A stretch of 64,000 nucleotides of DNA from an uncultured Actinomycetota bacterium (GTDB lineage: Bacteria > Actinomycetota > Actinomycetes > JAHEKZ01): the NCBI GenBank assembly GCA_963743915.1, contig CAVURN010000001.1:544001-608000 (forward strand). Direction: 5' to 3'. Numbering within the stretch: position 1 is the stretch's first letter; each line of letters starts with the position of its first letter. The notes beneath the pieces are model-generated. The model had not been told where the DNA came from and ran no database searches. It saw nothing but the letters and a program-made list of their open reading frames with translations. Made by a program: the position numbers and the translations under genes. Positions 22,634-32,642 of this stretch are shown here, one piece after another.

Positions 22634-23914
22634 CCTCGCTGTCCCGCCGTTTCGTGGCGCTCTCCGGCCTGCGCTGGTTCCCCATCGGGCTGATCGTCCC
22701 GGTGCTGGTGCTGGCGTTCACCGCGCGCGGCCTCGACCTGCCGACCATCGGACGCCTCATGGCGCTCTACGGGGTCGTCACGCTGGCGCTCGAGCTGCCC
22801 ACCGGTGGGCTCTCCGACGTCGTCGGCCGACGCTCGGTGCTCGCCCTCGGCTCGGTGGCCAGCGGGGTGGGCGCAGCCGTCGTCGCTCTCTCGTCCGCGC
22901 CTGCCCGGCTTCGCCCTCGGCGTCGTCGCGATGGCGGTTGGCCGCGCCCTGGGGTCCGGTCCGCTCGAGTCCTGGTACGTCGACACCAGTCGCGCGCTCG
23001 ACCCGGAGACGGACATCGGGCCGGGCATCGCTCACGCACAGGCGGCTGACGGCATCGGCCTCGGCGTCGGGTCACTCATCGGCGGAGCGTTGCCCGCGGC
23101 GGCTGCCACGCTGTGGCCGGCACTTCCGGACGCCGGTGGCGCTGCGCTCATCACGTTCTCGGTGCCGTTGCTGGTCGCCGCCCTGCTGTTCGGGGTCCAC
23201 GCCGTGGCGGTCGTCCTCTTCGTGCACGAGTCCGAGCGTCCGCCTGTCGCCTGGCGACGGCTGACCGGGTCCGTCACCAGCACGGTGATGGAGGGGGCAC
23301 GGCTCGTCAGGCACTCGTCGACGCTCCGCCGGCTGGTCGGCTACTCGGTGGTGCTCGGCGTCACGATGGGGGGCGTCGAGCTCGTCGCACCCGGTGCGTT
23401 CGCCTCGATGCTCGGTGGCGGGGAGAAGGGCAGCGCGGCCTACGGCGTCCTGGTCGGCGTCGGCTTCGGCGTCTCGGCCCTGGGTGCCGTGCTTGCACCG
23501 CGTGTGGCGCGTCGGCTGGGCACGTCGCAGCGGGCAACGCGTCTGGTGGCGCTGCTCGTCGTGCCGGCCGTCCTGTTGATCGGCGTTCCGTGGTTCGGTG
23601 CCGCAGCGTTGGCGTACACCGTCCTGTACCTGCTGCTGGGCGTGAACGGACCGCTGCTCGCCACTCTGCTGCACGACGAGGTGACAGCTGCCGCACGCAA
23701 CACCGTGCTCTCGGTCGACTCGCTGGCGATCCAGGCAGGCGGCATCGCGTCCTCACTGCTCATGGGCTCGCTGGTCGGTGCGACGAGTGCTGCCGCCGGC
23801 TTCGCCGTGATGTCAGTGGTGGCTGCACTCGGCACCCTGATGCTGTGGCAGATGCACCAGTCACGTGCCGTGCCGGCCGTCGCCTCCGAGGAGGCGCCCG
23901 GCATCCCTGACTAG
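22630..23914 (+). CDS. MFS transporter; frameshift near 22900
   Basis: ELPTGGLSDVVGRR, GRALGSGPLESW, multiple TM; ATGA overlap with regulator. Confidence 0.82.
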
Positions 23915-23924
23915 CCTTCGCTCC

Positions 23925-24720
23925 ATGACGTCGATCGCCCTACGCACCGTGCAGGGCTTGCGGTACGTCCTCGCCTTGCGCGAGGGCGGCTCGCTGCCGG
24001 GTCTGGTCGAGGCCAACGACCTCGGCACCTACGTGGTGAAGTTCCGCGGTGCCGGACAGGGTCTGCGCACCCTGGTCGCGGAGGCCGTGGTCGGAGAGCT
24101 CGCGCGTGGCCTCGGGCTTCCGGTGCCGGAGCTCGTCGTCGTCGCCATGGACGCACACATGGCCAGCGCCGAGCCGGACGAGGAGGTGCAGGACCTGCTG
24201 CGCTCCAGCGGCGGGACGAACCTCGGGATCGACTACCTCCCCGGAGCGCTCGGCCTCGAGCTGTCGGCGGACGCCGGCTCTGTCGTCGACGCTGACCTGG
24301 CCGCCGACATCGTGTGGCTCGACGCCTGGACGATGAACGTCGACCGGACGTGGCGCAACCCCAACATGCTGGTCTGGCACGGGACGCCGTGGCTGATCGA
24401 CCACGGAGCGGCGCTCTACTTCCACCACGACTGGGCGACGTCTTCGGCGACACTCGCCAAGCCGACCCCACTGATGTCCGAGCACGTGCTGCTGCCGATC
24501 GCGGGCGACCTGCATGCAGGCCCACGCGCGACTTGCTGCCCTCGTCACCGACGACGTCCTCGACCACGCGGTCTCGGCGCCGCCGGACGAGTGGCTGGCC
24601 GACGCGTCGCCGGACGTCGACGAGGCACGACTTCGGTACCGTCACGCACTGCAGCAGCGCCTGGCGTCCCCGGATGTCTGGCTCGAGCCCGTGGAGGTGG
24701 CACGTGCCGCACGTCTATGA
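23925..24720 (+). CDS. HipA-like (HipA_2-type) Ser/Thr kinase; frameshift near 24520
   Basis: LREGGSLPG, YVVKFRGAGQG, LVAE, NVDRTWRNPNML, LIDHGAAL. Confidence 0.82.
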
Positions 24721-25090
24721 GTGGTCGGTGCTGCGCGCTGTTCCCCGCGTGGAACGCTGCGAGTTCGTCAACGTCGGCGTGCTCGTCTACTGCCAGATGC
24801 TCGACGCCCTGCTCTGTCAGGTGGCCGAGGACCTGTCACGGGTTCATGCGCTCGACCCGGAGGCCGATGTCGATGCCATTCGACGACACCTCGAGGGCAT
24901 CGACCGGGTGTGCCGCGGTGACGCAGCCGGCGGGGAAGCGGCGCTGCGTCCGCTCGGCGAACGCTTCCGCTGGCTCATCGCACCACGCAGCACCGTCGTT
25001 CAGACGTCACCGGTGCACACCGGCATGACCGACGACCCAGTCGCAGAGCTCGCCGACCTGGTGGCCCGGATGGTGGACCCGCCGCGCTAG
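24704..25090 (+). CDS. DUF3037 domain protein
   Basis: YEWSVLRAVPRVERCEFVNVGV...ERFRWLIAPRSTVVQTSPVHTG. Confidence 0.88.
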   Translation: MPHVYEWSVLRAVPRVERCEFVNVGVLVYCQMLDALLCQVAEDLSRVHALDPEADVDAIRRHLEGIDRVCRGDAAGGEAALRPLGERFRWLIAPRSTVVQTSPVHTGMTDDPVAELADLVARMVDPPR

Positions 25091-25110
25091 TTCTCCAGTG
25101 TCCCTGGCGT

Positions 25111-26319
25111 TCAGGGCCCGCGAGGTCGGCTCACCAACCGTTGGTTGCGCGGACCCTGGAAGGTGACTGGTCCGTCGGCACCTTCGGGACCCACGTGGAT
25201 CGTCCAGCCGCCCTCGTGGACCAGGCGGTGATGGAAGCGGCAGAGCAACAGTCCGTTGACCACGTCAGTGCTGCCGCCGTCGAGCCACGACAGGACGTGG
25301 TGGGCGTCGGTGAAGGAGGGAGGTCGGTCGCAGCCGGGGAAGCGACAGCCGGCGTCGCGGACGGCGAGGAAACGGCGCTGTGCAGGGGAGAAGAGACGGC
25401 TGGTCCGACCGAGCTCGACCGGGATCCCGTCCGGTGACAGCAGGACTCGCGTCACCCCGGCGTCGCAGGCGACGCGTCCGACGGAGACAGGATGCAGGAG
25501 CGCATCCGGACCAGGAACCTGCGGCAGGACACCCGCCGCACCAGGCTGCGCCGCCCATGTCACCTGCAGGTGTGGGCGCTCGGCGGCGATCTCGGGAAGG
25601 AGGCGGTGGTCGCAGGCCGCCCGGACGATCTCGACCAGCCCGTCGGCCCGACGCTGTGCCGCACCGCGAAGGTCCTCCGGCCCGTGGGGGACGAGGAAGG
25701 GCTCGAGTGCGGCGCTGAGCAGCGACGCCGACTCCGGGTCGAGGAGTCCCTCGACGGCGGTCATGCCGTCGAGCAGCGGGGAGAGGCTGAGATGCCGTCG
25801 CTCGTACTGCTGTTCGGCCTCGCGGAAGGTTCCGTCAGGATCGGTGACGAACCGCAGATGGCGCCCTGCGGTGCGGACGGCTGTGACGTCGCTCTGCGTG
25901 GCGAGACCCGTGAGCACCGCGGCCGTCGCGGGCTGGGCTCACTGCTTGCCGAGTGCGGAGCTGGGTGCGTTCCGGGAGCGTCGAGTGCGGAGCACTCGAC
26001 TACGGGAGGCAGCACCCAGCTCCGCACTCGGCGGGCTTTGTGACCCACTCGAAAGAAGTTCGCCGGGGGCGACCCCGAGGGCTCCCCGCAGCCAGCTCTG
26101 GGTGCTGGCGGCGCCGTGCAGGATCTCGCCATCACCGGCAGCGTCGAACGACGCGACGGCACCGAGCATCACCGCGTCGACCGCGTCGCGCAGCTGCTGA
26201 AGTCCTGCGACCCACGCCGCCCGGTCGTCGGGGGTGGTGCCCAGGGGTTGGCCCATCCACGCGCGTACGTCGCCGAGAACCGCCATAAGCGGTTCGGGAA
26301 GTACGGGGGGTTGGAACAC
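25111..26319 (-). pseudogene. DUF222 + HNH endonuclease (13E12-repeat-like), interrupted by a hairpin element with an in-frame TGA
   Basis: QRRADGLVE, ACDAGVTRV, LGRTSRLF, RDAGCRFPGC, DAHHV..W..GG.T...NGLLLCRFHH; N-part STQSWLR; TGA at 25939-25941 in the same frame. Confidence 0.8.
25948..26032. repeat. REP-like nested inverted repeat inside the HNH gene
   Basis: Perfect 21-bp arms GCCGAGTGCGGAGCTGGGTGC (25948-25968) and its reverse complement (26012-26032), enclosing GTCGAGTGC-gga-GCACTCGAC (25980-26000). Confidence 0.9.
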
Positions 26320-26397
26320 GGCTGGCGACCCTTCGACGAGAGACGGTGGATTCGCCGTGGGTCGATGGGTCTGTCGCTACGTGTCCGTCACGCTGAT

Positions 26398-26441
26398 TCG
26401 AACGTATGTTCGAGTGTACGGGTGATGAAGCGCCGGGTCAA
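26398..26441 (-). promoter_or_regulatory. LexA (SOS) box overlapping a sigma-70-type promoter of the DUF222-HNH gene
   Basis: TCGAAC-N4-GTTCGA (26398-26413); on the minus strand TTGACC-17 nt-TACACT. Confidence 0.88.
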
Positions 26442-26530
26442 CCGCTGGGGCCAACAAGTTCTTGAAATCGGTGCCGCGGACGGCGGTGTCTGGGGCTGCC
26501 AGCGCTTCGCCGATCGACGGCGCGCCGGGG

Positions 26531-27076
26531 TCAGGGTCCCCATAACTCCGCCGGCCGCAGCGGCGGGGCCCACTGCACGCGCACGCCGTCGAGTCTGCCG
26601 CGGGTGATGTCCGGGATCGGTGTGAGCCACAACGACTGCCACGCCCAGTGGTGCTCGGCGGCGAGGGCCACTGGGGGCCACGGGCCGTGCGGCATCCGTG
26701 CGACAAAACCGAATCGACCGTAGTAGCGCGGATCACCGAGCACGCAGACGCAGTCGGTCTCGCGGTCGCGAGCGGCCTCGAGCGCGAACCGGGTGACGGC
26801 ACCACCGAATCCGCGGTTCTGATGGGCCGGCAGCACCGCCAACGGGGCCAAGATGCTGAACCGCACGTCGGGCACCCCTGGGGCATGCCCGCTGGTCAGC
26901 AGCACGTGCGCCACGACGCCGGCGTCGGTCTCCGCGACCACCGACTGACGAAGGGAGGCGTCGGCGGAGGCCAGCAGTTCGGACACGAGTCGCGGTTCGA
27001 CGTCGGAGTCGAACGCCGCCCGGTGCACCTCGAGAATGGCGCCGAGGTCGGCGGAGAGGGCGTGACGAACGATCAC
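26531..27076 (-). CDS. GNAT N-acetyltransferase (YhbS-like)
   Basis: LAPLAVLPAHQNRGFG, VLGDPRYYGRFGF. Confidence 0.88.
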   Translation of the reverse strand: MIVRHALSADLGAILEVHRAAFDSDVEPRLVSELLASADASLRQSVVAETDAGVVAHVLLTSGHAPGVPDVRFSILAPLAVLPAHQNRGFGGAVTRFALEAARDRETDCVCVLGDPRYYGRFGFVARMPHGPWPPVALAAEHHWAWQSLWLTPIPDITRGRLDGVRVQWAPPLRPAELWGP

Positions 27077-27079
27077 GTG

Positions 27080-27673
27080 TCAGACCAGCAGCTCGCGCTC
27101 CACGACGCCGCGCAGCGCCGCCCGGAGCCGCCAGCGGTTCTCCAGCGAGGGCTGCAGCAGCACCTGGATGCCGAGCCCGTCGAACAGCCCCGCGAAACGG
27201 AGGGCGAAGTCGGCGGCGTCCACCTCGTCGCGGAACTCGCCCGCGCGCTGACCGTTGCGCACGATGGTCTCGATCATGCCGACCCAGCGCGTGTAGATCT
27301 CGTGGTTCCGCTCGCGCAGCTCGTCGCGGCGTCGCGCCTCGTTCCAGAACTCCAGCCAGATGCACCACTCGTCGGCGACGTCGGCGTCCGGGATCTGCAG
27401 GTCGATCAGCCGCAGCAGCTGCTCACGCGGGTCGGAGAGGGTGATGAGCTCGGCGCGGTGGCGGGCGTGCGAGCGCTCGGACGCGTGCTGGAGCGCGGCG
27501 TCGAGGACGTCGACCTTGGTGGGGAAGTAGTAGTGGACGGTGCCGGTGCTGGTGCCGGCCAGTGCGGCGATGTCCGAGACCCGGGCCGCCGCGTAGCCGC
27601 GCTCGACGACCACCGAGACGGCGGCATCCAGGATCGACCGTCGCTTGTCGTCCTCGACGGGGGCCACACTCAT
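27080..27673 (-). CDS. TetR family regulator (BetI-like C-terminus)
   Basis: GYAAARVSDIAALAGTSTGTVHYYFPTK; WLEFWNEA, DGLGIQ. Confidence 0.9.
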   Translation of the reverse strand: MSVAPVEDDKRRSILDAAVSVVVERGYAAARVSDIAALAGTSTGTVHYYFPTKVDVLDAALQHASERSHARHRAELITLSDPREQLLRLIDLQIPDADVADEWCIWLEFWNEARRRDELRERNHEIYTRWVGMIETIVRNGQRAGEFRDEVDAADFALRFAGLFDGLGIQVLLQPSLENRWRLRAALRGVVERELLV

Positions 27674-27685
27674 GCCGGCATCCTA

Positions 27686-27775
27686 ACTGATGCGTCAGTC
27701 GAGCGCCATGGGCTACCGCAAAGCACCGTTCTACGTGCTGAAATGGATGAGCAACCTGTTTGACTCGCGCGTCAG
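27686..27775. promoter_or_regulatory. Two putative TetR operators in the divergent intergenic region
   Basis: ACTGA-tgcg-TCAGT (27686-27699) and TGAC-tcgcgc-GTCA (27761-27774). Confidence 0.5.
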
Positions 27776-27812
27776 ATGGAGGGCATCATGGCGCGAGACC
27801 CCTGGAGGACCG

Positions 27813-29003
27813 ATGCTGCGTGACCTGCCGACCGAGCTGGTGCCGCTCACCGACGAGCAGCAGGCGATCGTCGAGCTCACCCGCGCCTTCGCCGAGCGTG
27901 AGATCCGGCCGATCGCGCGCGAGGTCGACGAGGCCGACACCGAGACGCCCTGGGGCATCTGGCGCAAGGCGGCCGAGGTCGGCATCACCGGTTTCATGCT
28001 GCCCGAGGAGTACGGGGGCGGCGGCTTCACCGACGTCTTCAGCCAGTGCCTGGTGCAGGAGGAGCTCTGCGCCGGTGACCCCGGTATCGGCAACCTCGTG
28101 GCGTCCAACGGGTTCTTCTCGCACCCGGTGATGGAGCTCGGCACCGACGAGCAGAAGCAGCGGTGGCTGACACCCCTCGCAGGCACCGACACCCCCATGA
28201 CCTCGCTGGCGGTCACCGAGCCCGACGTCGGCTCCGACTCTGCGGCGATGACGACGCGGGCGGTGAAGGTCGACGGCGGGTACCGGATCACCGGGCAGAA
28301 GACGTGGATCAGCAACGGCGGCGCGGCCGAGTTCTACGTGGTGTTCGCCAAGACCGACCCTGACCAGCGTGCCAAGGGTGTCACCGCCTTCATGCTGAAG
28401 AAGGGCGCAGAGGGTCTGTCGTTCGGCCAGCCCATGAAGAAGATGGGTCAGCGGGCGCTGGTGAACACCGAGGTGTTCCTCGACGACGTCTTCGTTCCCG
28501 ACGAGGACCGGCTCGGTGACGAGGGCCAGGGCTTCTACGGGCTCATGCACACGTTCGACGCCTCACGCGCCATCCTCGGCGCCGCTGCGGTGGGCGCTGC
28601 GCGTGCAGCCACCGAGTACGCGCTCGACTACGCCAAGGAGCGCAAGCAGTTCGGCAAGCCGATCATCGAGCACCAGGCGGTCGCCTTCCGGCTCGCCGAC
28701 ATGGCCACGCGCGTCGAGCAGGCCCGGCTGATCGTCTGGCGCGCTGCCAAGCGGCTGGACGCCGGGCTGGACGCCGCCGCGCTCTGTGCGCAGGCCAAGC
28801 TCGCGGCGTCCGAGACCGCGATGTTCTGCACCTGGGCCGCGGTGCAGACTCTGGGCGGCTGGGGCTACTCGCGCGAGTTCCTGGTCGAGAAGTGGATGCG
28901 GGACGCCAAGCTCGAGGAGATCGAGGAAGGCACCTCCGACATCCAGCGCCTCATCATCTCCCGTCGCCTGGCCGCGACCCCCACGATCGGAGCCCTCGCA
29001 TGA
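27813..29003 (+). CDS. Acyl-CoA dehydrogenase
   Basis: AVTEPDVGSD, GQKTWISNG, RKQFGKPI, QTLGGWGY, EGTSDIQR; GGAGG RBS. Confidence 0.93.
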   Translation: MLRDLPTELVPLTDEQQAIVELTRAFAEREIRPIAREVDEADTETPWGIWRKAAEVGITGFMLPEEYGGGGFTDVFSQCLVQEELCAGDPGIGNLVASNGFFSHPVMELGTDEQKQRWLTPLAGTDTPMTSLAVTEPDVGSDSAAMTTRAVKVDGGYRITGQKTWISNGGAAEFYVVFAKTDPDQRAKGVTAFMLKKGAEGLSFGQPMKKMGQRALVNTEVFLDDVFVPDEDRLGDEGQGFYGLMHTFDASRAILGAAAVGAARAATEYALDYAKERKQFGKPIIEHQAVAFRLADMATRVEQARLIVWRAAKRLDAGLDAAALCAQAKLAASETAMFCTWAAVQTLGGWGYSREFLVEKWMRDAKLEEIEEGTSDIQRLIISRRLAATPTIGALA

Positions 29004-29809
29004 GCAGCACGAGCACCGTCGACCCGCAGCAGTTCGCCGGTCAGGTCGCCGTGGTCACCGGTGGTGGCAGCGGCATCGGCCTCGGGATCGCCCACCGGCT
29101 CGCGGCAGGTGGTGCGAGCCTGGCGCTCATCGGTCGCGACCCCGACAAGCTCGCGAACGCGGCCGCGCAGCTGCCGGGACGGGTCACGACACGCTCGCTC
29201 GACGTCCGCGACCACGACGCGGTCGACGAGGCCTTCACCTCGATCACCGACGAGCTGGGCGGTCTGCACCTGCTGGTGAACAACGCGGCCGGCAACTTCG
29301 TCGTCCCCGCCGAGGACATGAGCCCACGGGGGTTCAAGGCGGTCGTCGACATCGTGCTCAACGGCACCTTCTTCTGCTCACACGCCTTCGCGAACCGCGT
29401 CAAGGACCAGCCGCACGGCGGCGCGATCCTCAACGTCATCGCCACCTACGCGTGGACCGGACACCCCGGCGTGGTGCACAGCGCGGCGGCCAAGGCCGGC
29501 GTCCAGGCGATGACGCGCACGCTCGCCGTCGAGTGGGCCCGCTACAGCATCCGGGTCAACTGCATCGCGCCGGGGCCGACCGAGACCGAGGGCGCCGGAG
29601 CCGCGCTGTGGCCGACCGAGGAGGACCGACGGAGTCTCACGGCGTCGGTACCCCTCAAGCGCTTCACGACGCCCGAGGAGGTCGCCGTCTCCGCGGCCTT
29701 CCTGCTCTCCGACGACGCCGCGTACATCACCGGTGACACCCTCGTGGTGGACGGCGGACAGTGGCTGGGCAAGCAGGTGTACGGCTTCTCGGCGGCCCGG
29801 TCGTGGTGA
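29000..29809 (+). CDS. SDR oxidoreductase, 2,4-dienoyl-CoA reductase-like
   Basis: TGGGSGIG, NNAAGNF, VDIVLNGTF, HSAAAKAG, LAVEW, DGGQWL. Confidence 0.85.
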   Translation: MSSTSTVDPQQFAGQVAVVTGGGSGIGLGIAHRLAAGGASLALIGRDPDKLANAAAQLPGRVTTRSLDVRDHDAVDEAFTSITDELGGLHLLVNNAAGNFVVPAEDMSPRGFKAVVDIVLNGTFFCSHAFANRVKDQPHGGAILNVIATYAWTGHPGVVHSAAAKAGVQAMTRTLAVEWARYSIRVNCIAPGPTETEGAGAALWPTEEDRRSLTASVPLKRFTTPEEVAVSAAFLLSDDAAYITGDTLVVDGGQWLGKQVYGFSAARSW

Positions 29810-31437
29810 CGAGCCTCTCCGGGGTCACCGGGGGAGAGGTCGTCGTCGCGGCACTGGCGCTGCACGACGTCGGTGTGGTGTTCGGCATCCCGGGGACGCA
29901 CAACCTCTCCGTCTTCGACGCCCTCACCCGCTACGGCGTCCGCACGGTGGCGACCACGCACGAGCAGGGTGCGGGCTACGCGGCTGACGGATACGCGCGC
30001 ACGAGTGGACGTCCCGGCGTCGCTGTCGTGACCAGCGGTCCGGCCGTCTACAACGCCGCGACCGCCGTGGCGCAGGCGTACTCCGACTCGATCCCGGTGC
30101 TGCTCGTCAGCCCAGGCATGCCACGCGACCTGCCGGTGGGTGGTCCGGGCAGCGGCTACCTGCACGAGGCCAAAGACCAGCCAGGCGCGATGGAGCGCAT
30201 CGCGGCGCGCGTGCTGCGCCCCACCACGCACCAGGAGATCGCCGATGCGGTGACCGACGCGTTCACGACCTTCGCAACCGGACGCCCGCGCCCGCTGCAC
30301 CTCGAGGTGCCGCTCGACCTGCTCGACGAGGTCGGCGACGCGGAGCTGCGACGGGCGGCCGTCCCTGAGCGGGCGCGCGCCGACGAGGCTCAGGTCACCG
30401 CGGCTGCCCGATTGCTGGCGGAGGCGCGACGACCGATGGTGGTCGCCGGCGGCGGAGCGCGCGGGGCGTCCGAGCCGCTGACCCGCGTGGTCGAGCGTCT
30501 GAACGCACCGGTCGCGACCACCATCAACGGCAAGGGGGTGCTCGAAGAAGGCCATCCGCTCGCCCTCGGGGCGCGCCTGGGGACCACGGCCGTTGTCGCT
30601 GCCGCCGACGCCGCCGACGTGCTGCTCGTGGTCGGGGCCGAGCTCGGCAACTCGGACATGTGGCAGGGCATGCTGCGTCCGGCCGGTCACGTGGTGCGCG
30701 TCGACGTCGACCCGGACATGGCGGCGGTGAACCTGCAGGCCGACACCATGCTGGTGGGCGACGCAGCGGTGGTCCTGGGACAGCTCGCCGACGTGCTGGA
30801 CGCTGATCGCGATGCTTCACCCGGTGCGACGACGCCCGCCTGGGTGTCCGAGCTGCGCCGCGAGGCGTCCACCGAGGCACGCCAGGCAGGGGCGAGATGG
30901 ATGCCCTGGGTCGCGGCGATCGACGCAGGACGCGCACCGGACGCGGTGGTCGCCACCGACAACGCGATGTGCGTCTACTTCGGCGCGATCGGCAACCTCC
31001 CGATGGCCCGGCCGTCGAGCTTCCACTTCCCCACGGGTTTCGGCACGCTGGGCTTCACCGTCCCCGTCGCCATCGGCGCCGCGTTGGCGGCGCCGGACCG
31101 CCCGGTGATCGGCATCAGCGGGGACGGCGGACTGCTCTTCACCGCGACCGAGCTCGCCACGGCGGCCGCTGAGCATCTCCCCGTGGCGATCGTCGTGTTC
31201 GACAACAGCGGCTACGGAGAGATCCGCGCCGAGATGCTCGAACGCGCCGAGAAGCCGCTCGCGGTGGACGCCCCGCCGCGCGACCTCGTGCTGCTCGCGG
31301 AGGCTCTCGGTGCGCACGGCGTCCGGGTCGAGACGCCCGAGCAGCTGGTCGCCGAGCTCGGCGCCGCGCCCTCGCGACACGGTCCCACCGTGATCGTCGT
31401 CCCCGAGCCCGCTCCACCGGAAGGATCTCCCCGTTGA
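29806..31437 (+). CDS. Thiamine diphosphate-dependent enzyme (2-oxoacid decarboxylase, AruI-like)
   Basis: VFGIPGTHNL, HEQGAGYAADGYAR, GYLHE, GFGTLGF, GDGG...DNSGYGEI. Confidence 0.85.
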   Translation: MTSLSGVTGGEVVVAALALHDVGVVFGIPGTHNLSVFDALTRYGVRTVATTHEQGAGYAADGYARTSGRPGVAVVTSGPAVYNAATAVAQAYSDSIPVLLVSPGMPRDLPVGGPGSGYLHEAKDQPGAMERIAARVLRPTTHQEIADAVTDAFTTFATGRPRPLHLEVPLDLLDEVGDAELRRAAVPERARADEAQVTAAARLLAEARRPMVVAGGGARGASEPLTRVVERLNAPVATTINGKGVLEEGHPLALGARLGTTAVVAAADAADVLLVVGAELGNSDMWQGMLRPAGHVVRVDVDPDMAAVNLQADTMLVGDAAVVLGQLADVLDADRDASPGATTPAWVSELRREASTEARQAGARWMPWVAAIDAGRAPDAVVATDNAMCVYFGAIGNLPMARPSSFHFPTGFGTLGFTVPVAIGAALAAPDRPVIGISGDGGLLFTATELATAAAEHLPVAIVVFDNSGYGEIRAEMLERAEKPLAVDAPPRDLVLLAEALGAHGVRVETPEQLVAELGAAPSRHGPTVIVVPEPAPPEGSPR

Positions 31438-32642
31438 CCACCCGTGACCCCTATCTCGAGGTGACCTGGACCGATGAGGTCACCGGCGTCAAGGGCTACG
31501 TCGTCATCGACACCCTGAGCCGCGGCGTGGCCGGTGGTGGACTCCGCATGCGCGAAGGTGTGACCCTCGCCGAGGTCCGCGACCTGGCCCGCGCCATGAC
31601 TCTGAAGGAGGCCGTCGTCCACACCGAGGGCGACAGGTACGTGCCTCTCGGTGGCGCCAAGGGTGGCATCGACTGTGACCCGTACGACCCCCGCGCGCGT
31701 GAGGTGCTGGCCCGCTTCGGCCGCGCCACCAAGCCGTTGATCCAGTCCCTGTTCGCCACCGGAGAGGACTTCGGCGTCCGCCAGGAGGTCATCGACGAGG
31801 TCTTCGCCGAAGAGGGCATCCGCTCGTCCGCGGAGTCGGCGTTGGCGCTGGTCGAGGACGGGGCGGATGCGGCGCACGAACGGCTCAAGGTCGCCTTCGC
31901 CCAGGACGTCGACGGCGTCGGGCTCGGCGAGCTCGTCGGTGGGTACGGCGTGGCCGAGACGGCCTTGGCGGCACTGGAGTTCCGTGGTCTGGTCCCGGCG
32001 CAGTCCACAGCCGTCGTGCAGGGATTCGGCTCGATGGGTGGCGCCACCGCGCGTTACCTCGCGCGGGCAGGAGTGCGCGTGGTCGGCGTCTCGGACAAGG
32101 AAGGGTTGGTCTACAACGCCGACCGACTCGACGTCGAGGCCTTGCTCGCCCATCGCGACGTGTTCGGCGTCGTGGACCGCACCCGCCTGCGTCCGGGAGA
32201 TGCACAGCTTCCCGGTGAGGACTGGCTGGCGCTCGACGTCGACCTGCTCGTTCCGGCGGCGATGTCGTACGTGATCACCCGCGACGAGGTCGACCGCATC
32301 AAGGCCGGCGTCATCTGCGAGGCGTCCAACGTCGCGACGATGCCGGACGCCGAGGCGGCACTCCTGGCCCGTGGCGTCACGATCGTCCCGGACTTCGTGG
32401 CCAACGTGGGCACCAACGCCTGGTGGTGGTGGGTGGCGTTCGACGACATCGCACCGACCGCCGAGGCGGCCTTCGGCAAGATCTCCGGGGTGCTGCGCCC
32501 GCTGACGACCCAGCTGCTCGAGCGCGCCAGCCGTGAGGGGATCAGCCCGCGGGAGGCAGCGACCGAGATAGCCGACGAGAAGCGAGCCGCGGTCTCCGAG
32601 CGTTACCCGACGTCGGTGAAGTCCGAGGCGGTCGCCCGCTGA
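31434..32642 (+). CDS. Glu/Leu/Phe/Val dehydrogenase family protein
   Basis: GGGLRM, MTLKE, GGAKGG, VQGFGSMGG, EASN, PDFVAN. Confidence 0.88.
   Translation: MTTRDPYLEVTWTDEVTGVKGYVVIDTLSRGVAGGGLRMREGVTLAEVRDLARAMTLKEAVVHTEGDRYVPLGGAKGGIDCDPYDPRAREVLARFGRATKPLIQSLFATGEDFGVRQEVIDEVFAEEGIRSSAESALALVEDGADAAHERLKVAFAQDVDGVGLGELVGGYGVAETALAALEFRGLVPAQSTAVVQGFGSMGGATARYLARAGVRVVGVSDKEGLVYNADRLDVEALLAHRDVFGVVDRTRLRPGDAQLPGEDWLALDVDLLVPAAMSYVITRDEVDRIKAGVICEASNVATMPDAEAALLARGVTIVPDFVANVGTNAWWWWVAFDDIAPTAEAAFGKISGVLRPLTTQLLERASREGISPREAATEIADEKRAAVSERYPTSVKSEAVAR

Noticed and set aside
25939-25941. In-frame TGA as a selenocysteine or readthrough codon
   Set aside because: The hairpin lies upstream of the TGA on the coding strand, not downstream as a SECIS would, and the preceding 40 codons look non-coding
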